Assembly (NCBI GenBank): GCA_943355025.1
Contig: CALRDW010000001.1
Location: forward strand, 60,015-124,014
Source of the DNA: Candidatus Magasanikiibacteriota bacterium
GTDB lineage: Bacteria > Patescibacteriota > Patescibacteriia > Magasanikbacterales > 2-02-FULL-50-9b
DNA length: 64,000 bases
Reading direction: 5' to 3'
The notes beneath the pieces were generated by a model that was given only the letters and a program-made list of their open reading frames with translations, had not been told where the DNA came from and made no database searches. Shown piece by piece: positions 48,545-59,456 of the stretch. Each line of letters opens with the position of its first letter. Positions within the stretch are counted from its first letter, which is position 1. The position numbers and the translations under genes are program-made.

Positions 48545-49081
48545 ATGGGTTTTCTTCGCGCGTTGCTCGCACTCTGTATCGGTGTTGCTATCGGTGTTTT
48601 TTATGTTGGCGTAATTATCGTATTTCCATTTCCATTTTCAGCTCTCCCATTATTCTCAATTTTACTTTCGCTCAGTCTCGTCATGCGCGTGCGCGCAAGC
48701 ATGTTTTGGGTTCTGCTTGTCGCGGTCAGCATTGCGGATTTGTATGCAACCGGTGCATTTGGCGTTGGAATTTTGAGCTTCGTCTTCATTACACTGCTCG
48801 GAGTTCATGTTTCTAGTGATGTGATTACACACAGATCTGCTGTCGGATGCTTTGTTATTTCATTCGTTGTTGGAGCAACGTGGGTGATTTCGACGGAAGT
48901 GCTTGGTGGCTTTGCGGCTTGGTGGCATTTTCACGTGAACATTGTTTCAATCGTGCATATTATTTTGACTGCGTTGGCTCAAGGCCTCTTTACGGCTTTC
49001 GTTTGTACCGTTCTTTATGTGTTTTTGCCGCATTGGTGGCGTGATCGTTCACCGATCACGGTAAATTATCGTGCAGTATGA
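48545..49081 (+). CDS. mreD: Rod shape-determining protein MreD (polytopic membrane protein)
   Basis: Position after mreC and five hydrophobic helices. Confidence 0.6.
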   Translation: MGFLRALLALCIGVAIGVFYVGVIIVFPFPFSALPLFSILLSLSLVMRVRASMFWVLLVAVSIADLYATGAFGVGILSFVFITLLGVHVSSDVITHRSAVGCFVISFVVGATWVISTEVLGGFAAWWHFHVNIVSIVHIILTALAQGLFTAFVCTVLYVFLPHWWRDRSPITVNYRAV

Positions 49082-51045
49082 AGCTCTTTGAGAGGAAATT
49101 ATTTGTTTCGCAGCGCATGCGCTGGGTTGAAGATGCTGCACCAGCAGTTACATCGGACACTGGCCGCAGCTCTTCGTTTATTGGCGCTGCAATCGGGCAA
49201 AAGCGAATTTTATTTTTTGGATTTTTTGGTGTTATTTTTTTAGGACTTCTGCTTATTCGTGTTATTCAGATTCAGATTGTTCAGAATGCTGCGTGGCGGA
49301 CACTGGCCGAGCACAATCGTTTGCGGATTCAACCTATTATTCCTGAGCGTGGCATCATTTTTGATCGTTCCATGGTTCCGCTCGTAACAAATGTGCCGAA
49401 TTTTAGATTGACTCTTCGCGCTCAGGATTTGCCGCGTAATGATGCAAAAAGAGAGGTTCAGATTCGCGCGATTGCTGCTACGGTAGGTGTGCAAAGTGAC
49501 AAAATTGATCAGATTTTAAACGCATTTTCAAAATACCGATATGCAAGCGTTGTCATTAAAGATCCTGTTACCTATGAGGAGGTTGTTGATATTTATTTGC
49601 GTAGCGCGGCGTTTCCGAGTTTGACCATTGAACGTGGAGCGAAGCGCAAGTATGTTGAAGGTGTCCCGGGACACCAGACACCGCTTCCAGAAAGCATGGC
49701 GCATGTGCTTGGATTTTTGGGGCGTATTTCTCCGGACGAACTTGAGACGCTGAAAGTGCAAAGTCAGTATGAGTCGGGAAGCGAGTATTATCCGAGCGAT
49801 TCAATTGGAAAAACAGGAATTGAAGCGGTTGCAGAACAATTTGTTCGCGGAGCACCGGGCGAACGGGGCGCTGAAGTTGATGCGCGCGGCGCAGAGCGTG
49901 GAACTGTATCGGTTAAGCAGCCGACGCCTGGCGCAAGTGTTGTGCTAACAATTGATATTGAAATTCAAAAACAGTTGGAATCTGCTTTAAAAATGGGGCT
50001 TGCAAAAGCGGGGAAGAAGCGCGGTTCAGCGATTGCCATTGATCCGCGCGATGGCTCAGTCCTCGGCCTCGTCTCACTGCCCGCGTATGACGGCAATCTT
50101 TTTGCCGATTCAATCACACCCAAAGCGTATGCGGATTTGACTGCAAACCCCGATCAGCCGCTTGTTAATCGGGCGATTGGCGGTTTGTTTCCGGCGGGCT
50201 CAACCGTTAAGCCTTTTCTTGCCGCGGCCGCACTTCAGGAGCACGTTGTAACGCCAGAAACAAAAGTTTTGAGCACAGGCGGTCTTCATCTTGGAGCTTG
50301 GTTTTTTCCAGATTGGAAAGCTGGGGGCCATGGTCTTGTCGACGTACGTTCGGCAATTGCAAATTCTGTTAATACATATTTTTATACGATTGGGGGTGGT
50401 TACGGAACTATCCAGGGGCTTGGTCCGGCGCGTATTAAACAATACCTTGAATATTTTGGTCTTGGTTCACCGACGGGAATTCCAATCCCCGGAGAGTCAC
50501 GCGGTTTTTTGCCAAGTCCTGAATGGAAAAAAGAATCGCGCGGTGTTCAGTGGTATATTGGCGACACATATAATATTTCAATCGGACAAGGCGATATTTT
50601 GGTGTCACCGCTCCAACTTGCTATGGGCATAGCAGCAATCGCAAATAATGGAACGTTATGGAAACCTCGCGTCATCGATTATCGAATTAATAAAGATGGA
50701 ACCGAGATTGTTGAATCGCCGAGCCTGTCCGCAAAAATACCGATCGATGGTCAGTGGTTGCAAGTTGTGCGCGAAGGTATGCGACAGACAGTCACAGGTG
50801 GTTCGGCGCGAAGTCTTGGGTCAGTACCGATTGAAATTGCGGGCAAGACAGGCACGGCTCAGTGGTCGAGCACAAAGCCGCCACACGCATGGTTTGAATC
50901 GTTTGCTCCGTACCAAAATCCAGAAATTGTAACTTTGTTTATGATTGAAGAGGGAAATGAGGGGAGTACGGTTTGTGTTCCTGCCGCAAAACAATTCTAT
51001 ACGTGGTGGGCGGAGTATCGAAAAAATCGGGCTGGCGGGATTTGA
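49078..51045 (+). CDS. mrdA: Penicillin-binding protein 2 (class B transpeptidase)
   Basis: SxxK (AGSTVKPF), SxN (SVN) and KTG (GKTGTAQ) motifs. The last 18 nt overlap the opposite-strand tRNA-Pro. Confidence 0.85.
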   Translation: MKLFERKLFVSQRMRWVEDAAPAVTSDTGRSSSFIGAAIGQKRILFFGFFGVIFLGLLLIRVIQIQIVQNAAWRTLAEHNRLRIQPIIPERGIIFDRSMVPLVTNVPNFRLTLRAQDLPRNDAKREVQIRAIAATVGVQSDKIDQILNAFSKYRYASVVIKDPVTYEEVVDIYLRSAAFPSLTIERGAKRKYVEGVPGHQTPLPESMAHVLGFLGRISPDELETLKVQSQYESGSEYYPSDSIGKTGIEAVAEQFVRGAPGERGAEVDARGAERGTVSVKQPTPGASVVLTIDIEIQKQLESALKMGLAKAGKKRGSAIAIDPRDGSVLGLVSLPAYDGNLFADSITPKAYADLTANPDQPLVNRAIGGLFPAGSTVKPFLAAAALQEHVVTPETKVLSTGGLHLGAWFFPDWKAGGHGLVDVRSAIANSVNTYFYTIGGGYGTIQGLGPARIKQYLEYFGLGSPTGIPIPGESRGFLPSPEWKKESRGVQWYIGDTYNISIGQGDILVSPLQLAMGIAAIANNGTLWKPRVIDYRINKDGTEIVESPSLSAKIPIDGQWLQVVREGMRQTVTGGSARSLGSVPIEIAGKTGTAQWSSTKPPHAWFESFAPYQNPEIVTLFMIEEGNEGSTVCVPAAKQFYTWWAEYRKNRAGGI

Positions 51046-51100
51046 ACCCGCGACCTCATCGTCCCGAACGATGCGCGCTACCAACTGCGCTACAGCCCGA
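51028..51100 (-). tRNA. tRNA-Pro (anticodon CGG)
   Basis: Reverse complement folds as CGGGCTG acceptor, D-arm GCGC-AGTTGGTA-GCGC, anticodon stem CATCG/CGATG with loop TTCGGGA (G37), T-arm GCGGG-TTCAAAT-CCCGC, discriminator A. No encoded CCA. Confidence 0.75.
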
Positions 51101-51163
51101 TGTCGAAATATTTTACCGCGGCCAGAGCTGCCGTGTCAATAAAATTGTGCTATAATTACACGT

Positions 51164-52936
51164 ATGGCTCGTCATTCTCTGTATGCAGGAACAGGTGCTC
51201 AGCGTTTGCGCACAGTAGGTGTGTGCTGGCTTGTTATTACCACTTTATTTATTTTGAGGCTTCTTTATTTGGAAACAGTTCAACATGCCCGGTACACAAG
51301 TCAGGCTTCTGGTGCTCGTACGTTGCACCAAAGCATTCGTGCGAAACGTGGCGAAATTTTTGCGCACGACGCGCGAGCGGGTCAGGAGACATTATATCCG
51401 ATAGCGATAAATCAGGATAAGTTTTTGCTTGTCAGTGATAATCGCAAAGTAAAAGATACAGCTCATGCAGCGCATGTGATTGCGTCGTCGAGCGGTATAG
51501 AGGGTGTTGATGAGACGGCACTTTTGCAAAAATTGTCGGTTGCTGGGCGCGCGTATCAGCCGCTTCTTAAAGGTGTTCGGGTTGAAAATATGGAATCCAT
51601 GACTGCGCAAATGGAGCGTGAGAATGTCACGGGACTTTATTTTGATCGCGAGCCGGCTCGTTTTTATCCAGAGCACGAACTTCTCGCGCATATCTCAGGA
51701 TTTATTGGTAAGGACACAGCGGGCGCTGCTGTGGGTCGTTACGGAGTTGAGGGATATTTTGATGAGCAGCTTCGCGGGGTCGACGGATTTGTGCGCACAG
51801 AAAAAGATCCGTTCGGCGGATGGATTCCCGTGGCTGATCGAGAATTTAAAGCTGCGACAGATGGCTCAGATTTAATTGTTACCGTTGATCGTGTAATTCA
51901 GTTACGCTTATGCGATGCGCTTGCACAAGGTGTAAAAAAATATGAGGCACGCAGCGGAAGTGGCATTATCATGGATCCACACACAGGCGCAATTTTGGCG
52001 ATGTGTAACGTTCCGACATTTGATCCGAATGAATATCAAAAAGTTGGCGATCCGTCAGTGTACAATAATGACGCGCTGTTCCGTGCATTTGAACCGGGGT
52101 CTGTGTTCAAGGCATTTACTATGTCAGCAGCGCTTGACGCCGGAGTTGTTTCGCCGGACACGACATATGTTGATGCAGGCTTTGTTAAGCGGGATGGATT
52201 TACGATTAGAAATGCTGCGAATAAAATATGGGGAACTGAAACCATGACAAATGTAATTAAGGAATCGATAAATACAGGAACAGTTTTTGCCGCTGATCTT
52301 TTGGGGATCGATCGGTTTAAAACATATGTTGAGAATTTTGGGTTTGGCGCGAAAACAGGAGTTGAATTAAAAACCGAAGAAAAAGGAATCATCAAATCGC
52401 TGAGAAAAAAAGGGAGTGTGTATATTGCAACCGCCTCATTTGGTCAGGGAATTACGGTTACACCGATGCAACTCATTCAAGGATATGGCGCAATTGCTAA
52501 TAAAGGGGTGATGATGAAGCCGTACATTACCTATGCATGGCGTGACGCGGCGGCGCAGGCAACAGTAACGAAGCCAACGGAGATTCGGCGCGTAATTTCA
52601 GAAAAGGCAGCAGCGCAAATTACAGAAATGATGCGCGCCGTGGTTGATGAGGCTCATGGGAAGTTAGCGCGCGTTCCCGGGTATTCGATTGCTGGCAAAA
52701 CAGGTACGGCGCAAATTGTAGGCAATAAAGGCAAATATGAAGATGCTTCGATTAACAACCATACCTTTGTCGGCTATGGGCCAATCGCGAATCCTCGGTT
52801 CGTCATGCTCATTACTTATGAGGCGCCACACGCGCGCTTTGCGGAAAGCACAGCTGTGCCAACATTTGGCGAAGTTGCCAAGTTTTTGCTAGAGTATCTG
52901 GGCGTTCCACAAGACCGCCCCCTGGCTCAGAAATAA
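51164..52936 (+). CDS. ftsI: Penicillin-binding protein, FtsI/PBP3-like class B transpeptidase
   Basis: SxxK (GSVFKAF), SxN (SIN) and KTG (GKTGTAQ) motifs; N-terminal TM. Confidence 0.85.
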   Translation: MARHSLYAGTGAQRLRTVGVCWLVITTLFILRLLYLETVQHARYTSQASGARTLHQSIRAKRGEIFAHDARAGQETLYPIAINQDKFLLVSDNRKVKDTAHAAHVIASSSGIEGVDETALLQKLSVAGRAYQPLLKGVRVENMESMTAQMERENVTGLYFDREPARFYPEHELLAHISGFIGKDTAGAAVGRYGVEGYFDEQLRGVDGFVRTEKDPFGGWIPVADREFKAATDGSDLIVTVDRVIQLRLCDALAQGVKKYEARSGSGIIMDPHTGAILAMCNVPTFDPNEYQKVGDPSVYNNDALFRAFEPGSVFKAFTMSAALDAGVVSPDTTYVDAGFVKRDGFTIRNAANKIWGTETMTNVIKESINTGTVFAADLLGIDRFKTYVENFGFGAKTGVELKTEEKGIIKSLRKKGSVYIATASFGQGITVTPMQLIQGYGAIANKGVMMKPYITYAWRDAAAQATVTKPTEIRRVISEKAAAQITEMMRAVVDEAHGKLARVPGYSIAGKTGTAQIVGNKGKYEDASINNHTFVGYGPIANPRFVMLITYEAPHARFAESTAVPTFGEVAKFLLEYLGVPQDRPLAQK

Positions 52937-52938
52937 CC

Positions 52939-54333
52939 TTGACGCACACTATGGAACTATTTACTGCAAATCGTGTACATATCCTTGGCATTGGCGGCAT
53001 TGGTGTTTCTGCAATTGCTAAAATTTTACATGCGGGCGGCGTACGAGTCACAGGCTCTGACGCGGCAGCATCCCTCATCACCGACGAGCTTTCTCTGCGC
53101 GGTATTTCGGTTGTGATTGGCCACATCGCGGAGAATCTTCCGAGCGATGTTGATGCTGTTGTGTACTCGGGTGCGGTTCCGGCAGACAATGTAGAGCGCG
53201 TTGCAGCAACAGATCGCGAGGTTCCTCAATTTTCATATTCAGAAGCGCTTGGTGCTCTCTCTCGGACTCGCCGGACGATTGCGATTTCAGGGACGCACGG
53301 AAAAAGTACGACGACGTCGATGCTTGGTTCGATTTTGATACATGCGGGCCTCGATCCGCTCATTATTGTTGGCACGCGAGTCGCTGCATTTTCGGACGGG
53401 AATGTTCATCTTGGGCGCGGTGATTTTTGTGTTGTTGAGGCGTGCGAGCATGAGGCGCAGATGATGCGTTTGGTACCGGAAAGAATAATAGTAACGAATC
53501 TTGAACCAGATCATCTCGATTATTATGGTAGTTTTGAAAATCTCATCGAAACATTTAAAAAATATGTTGCGCGCGTTCCGGCAGACCACTGCGTCGCTAA
53601 TGCAGACGATAAAGCAGTGATGAGTTTGTTTGGTAACGATGGTGCTGCGGGCCCGCGCACAATCGGAGCAAAGGCGGGAATGCTTCGGTGTGTTTCGCGA
53701 AGGACAGATACTGGGGTTCAACGAGTGCAGATTGAAGACGCGGAAACCGGATCTCAATTTGAACTCGCACTCAGAATTCCGGGTGCGTTTAATGTGCTTA
53801 ATGCTCTCTGCGCGCTTGAAATGGCGCGAAGTATCGGTATCGGTTTGGAGCTCGCTATTGAGGCGCTCGAACAGTTTCCGGGATCGTGGCGTCGCTTTGA
53901 GCGCGTTGGAACATTTCATGATGCTCCCGTTATTTCCGATTATGGACATCATCCGACAGCGGTTCGCGAAACGATTCGCGCGGCGCGAGAATTTTTTCCG
54001 GGGCGTCGAATATTTTTAGTGTATCAACCACATCAGCATCACAGAACCGAAGCATTATACAAAGACTTTGTTGATGCGCTACAGGAGTCGGACGCATTGG
54101 TGCTCTGCGAAATTTACGATGTTGTTGGACGCGAGCACGGCTCGAGCGCTGCATCGGCGCATGGCATAATTGATGAGCTGTCAGCGCGTGATGCAGATAA
54201 ACCGCTATGGTATGCACAGTCATTGAGCGATGCGGTTGAATATGTTCGTTCGAATGTTGAGCCGAACGATATTTTGCTTGTCATGGGCGCGGGGGACATT
54301 TATAAAATCGCCGACATGCTATGCTCGAAATAA
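52939..54333 (+). CDS. murC: UDP-N-acetylmuramate--L-alanine ligase
   Basis: N-terminal Rossmann GIGGIG and Mur ligase P-loop GTHGKSTTT. Confidence 0.9.
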   Translation: MTHTMELFTANRVHILGIGGIGVSAIAKILHAGGVRVTGSDAAASLITDELSLRGISVVIGHIAENLPSDVDAVVYSGAVPADNVERVAATDREVPQFSYSEALGALSRTRRTIAISGTHGKSTTTSMLGSILIHAGLDPLIIVGTRVAAFSDGNVHLGRGDFCVVEACEHEAQMMRLVPERIIVTNLEPDHLDYYGSFENLIETFKKYVARVPADHCVANADDKAVMSLFGNDGAAGPRTIGAKAGMLRCVSRRTDTGVQRVQIEDAETGSQFELALRIPGAFNVLNALCALEMARSIGIGLELAIEALEQFPGSWRRFERVGTFHDAPVISDYGHHPTAVRETIRAAREFFPGRRIFLVYQPHQHHRTEALYKDFVDALQESDALVLCEIYDVVGREHGSSAASAHGIIDELSARDADKPLWYAQSLSDAVEYVRSNVEPNDILLVMGAGDIYKIADMLCSK

Positions 54334-55250
54334 AATCGGATGCGCCACTTGGCAAAGTGACCACATTCAAAATTGGGGGCAACTCGCGCGCCGCTGCTCT
54401 GGTTGGCTCAGTCGACGAATTGAAAGAGGCGTGCGCTTTTGCAGACGGCGCCGGTCTCGCATTCCGAGTTCTTGGTGGTGGAAGCAATGTGCTCGTTGGC
54501 GACGACGGTTTTGACGGCCTGATTATTTGGTATCGCGACAGAACTTTTGAAATTGATGCCTCGACTGGCATCATACGTGTTGGTGGCGGCGCCATCACAG
54601 CACAGGTCGCAGGGGCCGCCGCGCGCGCCGGCCTTACGGGTTTCGAATGGGCTGCCGGCGTACCGGGGACAATTGGCGGCGCGATCTATGGAAACGCGGG
54701 AGCTTCAGGCGGAGAAATGAAAGAAGTTGTCGTGAGTGTTGATGTATTTGAGCGTGGCGAAACTCGTACATACTCGGCAGCTGAGTGTGGGTTTGCGTAT
54801 CGACATTCCGCGTTTAAGAATGCTAGCGGCATTATTACCGCAGCGACACTTCGGTTGCAGCATGCTACTCAGAGCGCAGATCCCCAGAAAAAAGTAATGG
54901 AAGTGCTTCGTTACCGCATGGAAACGCAGCCAAAAGGTTTTGCATCAACAGGGTGTATCTTTAAAAATTTTGAACCAGATGAGACCGCAATTGAATCTCT
55001 GCGAGGTGTTGGCGTGCCTGAAATGTTTTTGGTAGCACGTCGTGTCCCCGCCGGCTGGCTCATTGAGCACGCAGGACTCAAGGGCCTGCGCCGTGGAGCT
55101 GCGCGTGTATCTGAAGTGCATGGAAATTTTATCATTAATGAGGGTGGAGCAACTGCTGGCGATATCATCGAACTCATCGAATTGGTGCGCGGCGGAGTTG
55201 AAAAGAAATTTGGCGTGCGCTTGACAGAAGAGATTACAATTTTGCAGTAA
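54321..55250 (+). CDS. murB: UDP-N-acetylenolpyruvoylglucosamine reductase
   Basis: FAD-binding VLGGGSN motif and C-terminal MurB domain. Confidence 0.85.
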   Translation: MLEIKSDAPLGKVTTFKIGGNSRAAALVGSVDELKEACAFADGAGLAFRVLGGGSNVLVGDDGFDGLIIWYRDRTFEIDASTGIIRVGGGAITAQVAGAAARAGLTGFEWAAGVPGTIGGAIYGNAGASGGEMKEVVVSVDVFERGETRTYSAAECGFAYRHSAFKNASGIITAATLRLQHATQSADPQKKVMEVLRYRMETQPKGFASTGCIFKNFEPDETAIESLRGVGVPEMFLVARRVPAGWLIEHAGLKGLRRGAARVSEVHGNFIINEGGATAGDIIELIELVRGGVEKKFGVRLTEEITILQ

Positions 55251-55290
55251 ACCGGTCATTGGCGTGCTATACTAAAGAAAATAATTTCAT

Positions 55291-55734
55291 ATGGACACAT
55301 ACTCATTACCCTCAACTGCACTCACGAATACACGAGAGCCACAAGGCGTCGGTATTCGTCTCGTCGCAACAATAATTGATTTTATTGTTATTGTCATCGG
55401 CACATTTATTTTTAGCATGTTTTTCGGTACGGCGCGTGGGAGCAGTTTTTCCGTTCAGGGTCTGTCGGGACTTGTTTTATTCTTTCTCATTCTTGGATAT
55501 TACGTAATCATGGAATGGAAATATGGCGCAACTGTCGGCAAACTTGCGGTGGGTCTACGAGTTGTCATGCTCGACGGATCGCGCGAAACGATTGCAGCCG
55601 CGATTATTCGGACTATTATGCGTATAATCGATAGTTTGTTTTTATATCTTGTTGCGGTAATCGCCGTTTCCGCATCCGTGAAAAAACAGCGTCTTGGGGA
55701 TATGGTTGCTGGAACCATAGTTATTAAAAAATAG
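55291..55734 (+). CDS. RDD-family membrane protein
   Basis: GIRLVATIIDFIVI, then TM helices, then C-terminal QRLGDMVAGTIVI, as in the RDD family. Confidence 0.7.
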   Translation: MDTYSLPSTALTNTREPQGVGIRLVATIIDFIVIVIGTFIFSMFFGTARGSSFSVQGLSGLVLFFLILGYYVIMEWKYGATVGKLAVGLRVVMLDGSRETIAAAIIRTIMRIIDSLFLYLVAVIAVSASVKKQRLGDMVAGTIVIKK

Positions 55735-55756
55735 GAACGCATTAATTTTATTTGGT

Positions 55757-56071
55757 ATGAAACTGATTTTACACACGGATGGTTTGCAAATGACCGCAGC
55801 GACAAAACAAGAAGCGGAGGACAAATTTATGCGGTTGCGACGAGTGTTCGGTCGACTTGACCATAGCGACTTACTATTTAATGTTGAGCTTTCGCGCACA
55901 ACAACGCATCATAAAAAGGGTAAAATTTTTCGCGCAGAAGCGCACATGCCAATTGGAAAACATGCAATGTTTGTGGCTGTTGAGGGAGAAGATTTATTGG
56001 AAGCAATTGACCACTGCATTGCTGCATGCCGCAAACAACTCACTCGAATTAAGGAGAAACTCGAGAACTAA
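55757..56071 (+). CDS. hpf: Ribosome hibernation-promoting factor (HPF/RaiA, short form)
   Basis: 104 aa with the S30AE/sigma54-modulation fold pattern; located immediately upstream of secA as in many bacteria. Confidence 0.8.
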   Translation: MKLILHTDGLQMTAATKQEAEDKFMRLRRVFGRLDHSDLLFNVELSRTTTHHKKGKIFRAEAHMPIGKHAMFVAVEGEDLLEAIDHCIAACRKQLTRIKEKLEN

Positions 56072-56119
56072 ATAGACCCTTGAATTCATTCTGGAAAGGC
56101 GCTATACTGAGCGTTATCT

Positions 56120-58912
56120 ATGTCTTTCCTCACAAAACTGTTTGGCGATCCGAATAAGAAAGTAATTGATGTGCTCCGGCCAGTGGTTTCGCGCATAAAC
56201 GCGTATGAAGCTGATTTTAAGCTTCTTTCAAAAGAAGAGCTATGCGAAAAGACCATCTTTCTGAGAACGCGGCTCGCCCAGGGTGAATCGCTCGACGACG
56301 TTTTGCCAGAGGCGTTCGCTGCAGTGCGCGAGGCAGCAAGCCGAACCATTAATCAGCGCCACTACGATGTCCAGCTCATGGGCGGCATCGTTTTGCACCG
56401 AGGACAAATCGCAGAAATGCGCACGGGTGAAGGTAAAACGTTAACTTCGACGCTTGCAGTGTACCTTCAGGCGCTTTCGGGTCGCGGCGTGCACGTTGTG
56501 ACAGTTAATGACTATCTTGCAAAGCGTGATGCGGTTTGGATGGGTCAGATTTTCCATGCCCTTGGCATGAGTGTCGGTATTATTCAACAACAAATGACGT
56601 CATTTGCGTATGACCCGTCGTTTAAGGTGCGCCAGACAGTAACAGCGGATGGCCTCACGGATCAGGGGACAGAAAAAGACGTGGAGCGCGACACACTCGG
56701 CTCGTTTCATGTTGAAATGGACTATCTTCGGCCGTGCGAGCGAAAAGCTGCGTATGCGGCTGACATCACCTACGGAACAAACAATGAGTTTGGGTTTGAT
56801 TATTTGCGCGACAACATGGCGTATTCGAAGGCTGAGATGGTTCAGCGCGATTTAGCATTTGCCGTTATTGATGAAGTTGATTCAATATTGATTGATGAAG
56901 CTCGCACGCCGCTTATTATCAGCGCGCCAGCCGAAGAGTCGAGTGATACGTATGCAAAATGTGCGCAGGTTGTTCGTGCGCTCGCAGCGAACGACCACTA
57001 TACTCTTGACGAAAAACAACGGACCGTTTCTTTGACTGACAGCGGTATCGCAAAAGTTGAGGGATTGCTCGGCGTTGAAAATTTATATGTTGATGGCGGA
57101 CATCGCCTCGTGCACCACGTCGACGCGGCATTGCGCGCGCAAGTTTTATTTACGCGCGACAAAGATTATGTAGTTAAGGATGGTGAAATTCTTATCGTTG
57201 ACGAATTTACGGGCCGCCTCATGATTGGGCGTCGATACTCAGAAGGTTTGCACCAGGCGATTGAAGCAAAGGAAGATGTTACGGTTCAACGCGAAAGTCA
57301 GACGCTTGCGACTGTTACGTTTCAAAATTATTTCCGCTTGTACGATCGCATCGCGGGTATGACAGGTACTGCGGTAACGGAAGCTGAGGAGTTTGGGAAA
57401 ATTTATACGCTTGAAGTTGTTGTTATTCCGCCAAATAAAATTTCTCAGCGTACAGATTTGGGCGATCAAATTTACGCGACAGAGGAGGGAAAGTTTAGCG
57501 CGGTTGTTGCGGAAATTAAAAAGCGACACGAGCGCGGACAGCCGGTTTTGCTTGGTACGATTTCAATTGAGAAAAATGAGCGGTTGTCGCTGCTTCTTGA
57601 GCGCGAAGGTGTACCACATCAAATTTTAAATGCGAAAAATCACGAAAAAGAAGGCGAAATTATCGCGCAGGCAGGACGGCGTGGTGCTGTAACGCTCGCG
57701 ACAAATATGGCGGGTCGCGGTGTTGATATTTTGCTTGGTGGTAATCCAATTACTCCGGAGCAACAGGAATTCGTCCGCTCAGTCGGGGGTTTGTTCGTAC
57801 TTGGAACAGAGCGTCATGAATCGCGCCGCATTGATAATCAGCTTCGTGGTCGCGCGGGACGACAAGGCGATCCGGGTGAAACACAATTTTTTATCTCGAC
57901 TGAGGACGATCTCATGCGCATCTTCGGCTCTGATCGCATGCGAAATATGATGCGCCGATTGCAGGTGCCGGACGATATGCCGATTGAGCATCCGCTTATT
58001 TCTCGCTCGCTCGAAACTGCACAGAAAAAAGTTGAAGGCCATAACTTTGACATTCGAAAACATTTGCTCGAATATGATGATGTATTAAATCGTCACCGCG
58101 AAGTTATTTACAAGAAACGTCGCGAGATTTTGGACGCAAGTGAAGAGGTTGAAGGTCTTGAAAAAATTCTTGAGATGCTCCGCGTAATGTTTGACGAGGA
58201 GATCGAGCATTTAATTTTTCAATACACAGAAGTTGCAACCGAGATCGAAACTGAAACAACTGCTGCGCGACGAGAGCTGCTTAGCACGTTGGTCCGACTA
58301 CTTCGAATCGATGAATCACGAATTAATACGGCACTTGCACCACTCGATGTTGAGGAGGCTGTTGAACTTCTTGCGGTTCGGACTGAGACAATTGAAGCGC
58401 TCAGCGAACTCGCACACGAGCAGCTTGAAACAACAATCGCTAGTTTTACAGACAAGCAGATTGTACTCGGCGCATTGAGCAATGTTATGCTTCGTGCGAT
58501 TGATGCGCTGTGGATCGAGCATTTGGAAGCGCTCAGTTATCTGCGAACGGGTATAGGGCTTCGTGGGTATGGACAGCGCGACCCGCTTGTTGAATATAAG
58601 AAGGAAAGTTATCGATTGTTTCAAGAGCTCATGGCATTTATTACGAAGGATGTTGTATATATTGTACTTGCTGTCGGTCAGGCCGCGAAGTTTGCGCCAT
58701 CATTATTGTCGCGTGAAGGACTTTCTCTCTCGGGTGCTGCAAAAACTCAGGATGCGCAGGAGCGACAGGATGAAAAAATTCATGACGGGGAAATTGTTGA
58801 TGGTATGTCGGGGGTTTCCGAGGAAATGAATTTGGGAGGGCCAAAGGTCGGGCGCAATGATGCGTGTCCGTGCGGAAGTGGCAAAAAATATAAAAAATGT
58901 CATGGGGCATAA
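56120..58912 (+). CDS. secA: Preprotein translocase ATPase SecA
   Basis: DEAD-motor motifs MRTGEGKTL and [11 protein letters not shown], and C-terminal zinc finger [14 protein letters not shown]. Confidence 0.95.
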   Translation: MSFLTKLFGDPNKKVIDVLRPVVSRINAYEADFKLLSKEELCEKTIFLRTRLAQGESLDDVLPEAFAAVREAASRTINQRHYDVQLMGGIVLHRGQIAEMRTGEGKTLTSTLAVYLQALSGRGVHVVTVNDYLAKRDAVWMGQIFHALGMSVGIIQQQMTSFAYDPSFKVRQTVTADGLTDQGTEKDVERDTLGSFHVEMDYLRPCERKAAYAADITYGTNNEFGFDYLRDNMAYSKAEMVQRDLAFAVIDEVDSILIDEARTPLIISAPAEESSDTYAKCAQVVRALAANDHYTLDEKQRTVSLTDSGIAKVEGLLGVENLYVDGGHRLVHHVDAALRAQVLFTRDKDYVVKDGEILIVDEFTGRLMIGRRYSEGLHQAIEAKEDVTVQRESQTLATVTFQNYFRLYDRIAGMTGTAVTEAEEFGKIYTLEVVVIPPNKISQRTDLGDQIYATEEGKFSAVVAEIKKRHERGQPVLLGTISIEKNERLSLLLEREGVPHQILNAKNHEKEGEIIAQAGRRGAVTLATNMAGRGVDILLGGNPITPEQQEFVRSVGGLFVLGTERHESRRIDNQLRGRAGRQGDPGETQFFISTEDDLMRIFGSDRMRNMMRRLQVPDDMPIEHPLISRSLETAQKKVEGHNFDIRKHLLEYDDVLNRHREVIYKKRREILDASEEVEGLEKILEMLRVMFDEEIEHLIFQYTEVATEIETETTAARRELLSTLVRLLRIDESRINTALAPLDVEEAVELLAVRTETIEALSELAHEQLETTIASFTDKQIVLGALSNVMLRAIDALWIEHLEALSYLRTGIGLRGYGQRDPLVEYKKESYRLFQELMAFITKDVVYIVLAVGQAAKFAPSLLSREGLSLSGAAKTQDAQERQDEKIHDGEIVDGMSGVSEEMNLGGPKVGRNDACPCGSGKKYKKCHGA

Positions 58913-58918
58913 CGCAAG

Positions 58919-58943
58919 AAATAATGCATATGATGCATTATTT
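58919..58943. repeat. 11 bp perfect inverted repeat AAATAATGCAT-ATG-ATGCATTATTT immediately after the secA stop
   Basis: Read directly. AT-rich hairpin/palindrome; may act as a weak terminator or a protein-binding site. Confidence 0.5.
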
Positions 58944-59050
58944 CCGTTATGCCGGGCCGAGCCCTGCGAGGCCCAGGAGCATAACACTGCGTGCCGGGCC
59001 GAGCTGCTAGCGAGGATCGGTTGCAGCGAAAATTAAAATAATAAAACACT

Positions 59051-59437
59051 ATGCCGCTAACACTCAAGGTCGTTGTCTCAGCACTCATCATCAAAGATGA
59101 TACAATTTTGTTGGTTCAGAATAAAAAAAATCCGAAAGTCGGCTGCTACGGTTTTCCAGGCGGCGTTGTCAAAGGAGCAAATCCACTTGAGTCGCTCATA
59201 AAGCAGGTGCTGGATGATACGAGTTGCAAATTCGAGGGCGCATTTTTCACCTACAATTATCGTGAAGAAACATTTCCTGTTGCAACACTCTTTTTTGTGG
59301 GCACAGTCAAAGGAAAACCACATAAAGCTGGAGCAAACATTTCTGATGTTACGTTTGTTGCAATTGAAGAGGCACGCAAAATGGATTTGGCACATGATCA
59401 TAATTTAATTTTAGAACAGTACGTTGCAACTCGATAA
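59051..59437 (+). CDS. Nudix hydrolase
   Basis: Nudix-fold N-terminus (GFPGG) with a divergent Nudix box. The family call is moderately supported. Confidence 0.6.
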   Translation: MPLTLKVVVSALIIKDDTILLVQNKKNPKVGCYGFPGGVVKGANPLESLIKQVLDDTSCKFEGAFFTYNYREETFPVATLFFVGTVKGKPHKAGANISDVTFVAIEEARKMDLAHDHNLILEQYVATR

Positions 59438-59456
59438 TCTTCATAAGAATTGATTT

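Noticed and set aside
58950-59004. CRISPR-like repeats
   Set aside because: There are only two copies of a 13-mer with one spacer-length gap, no cas genes and no further repeats. This is not an array.
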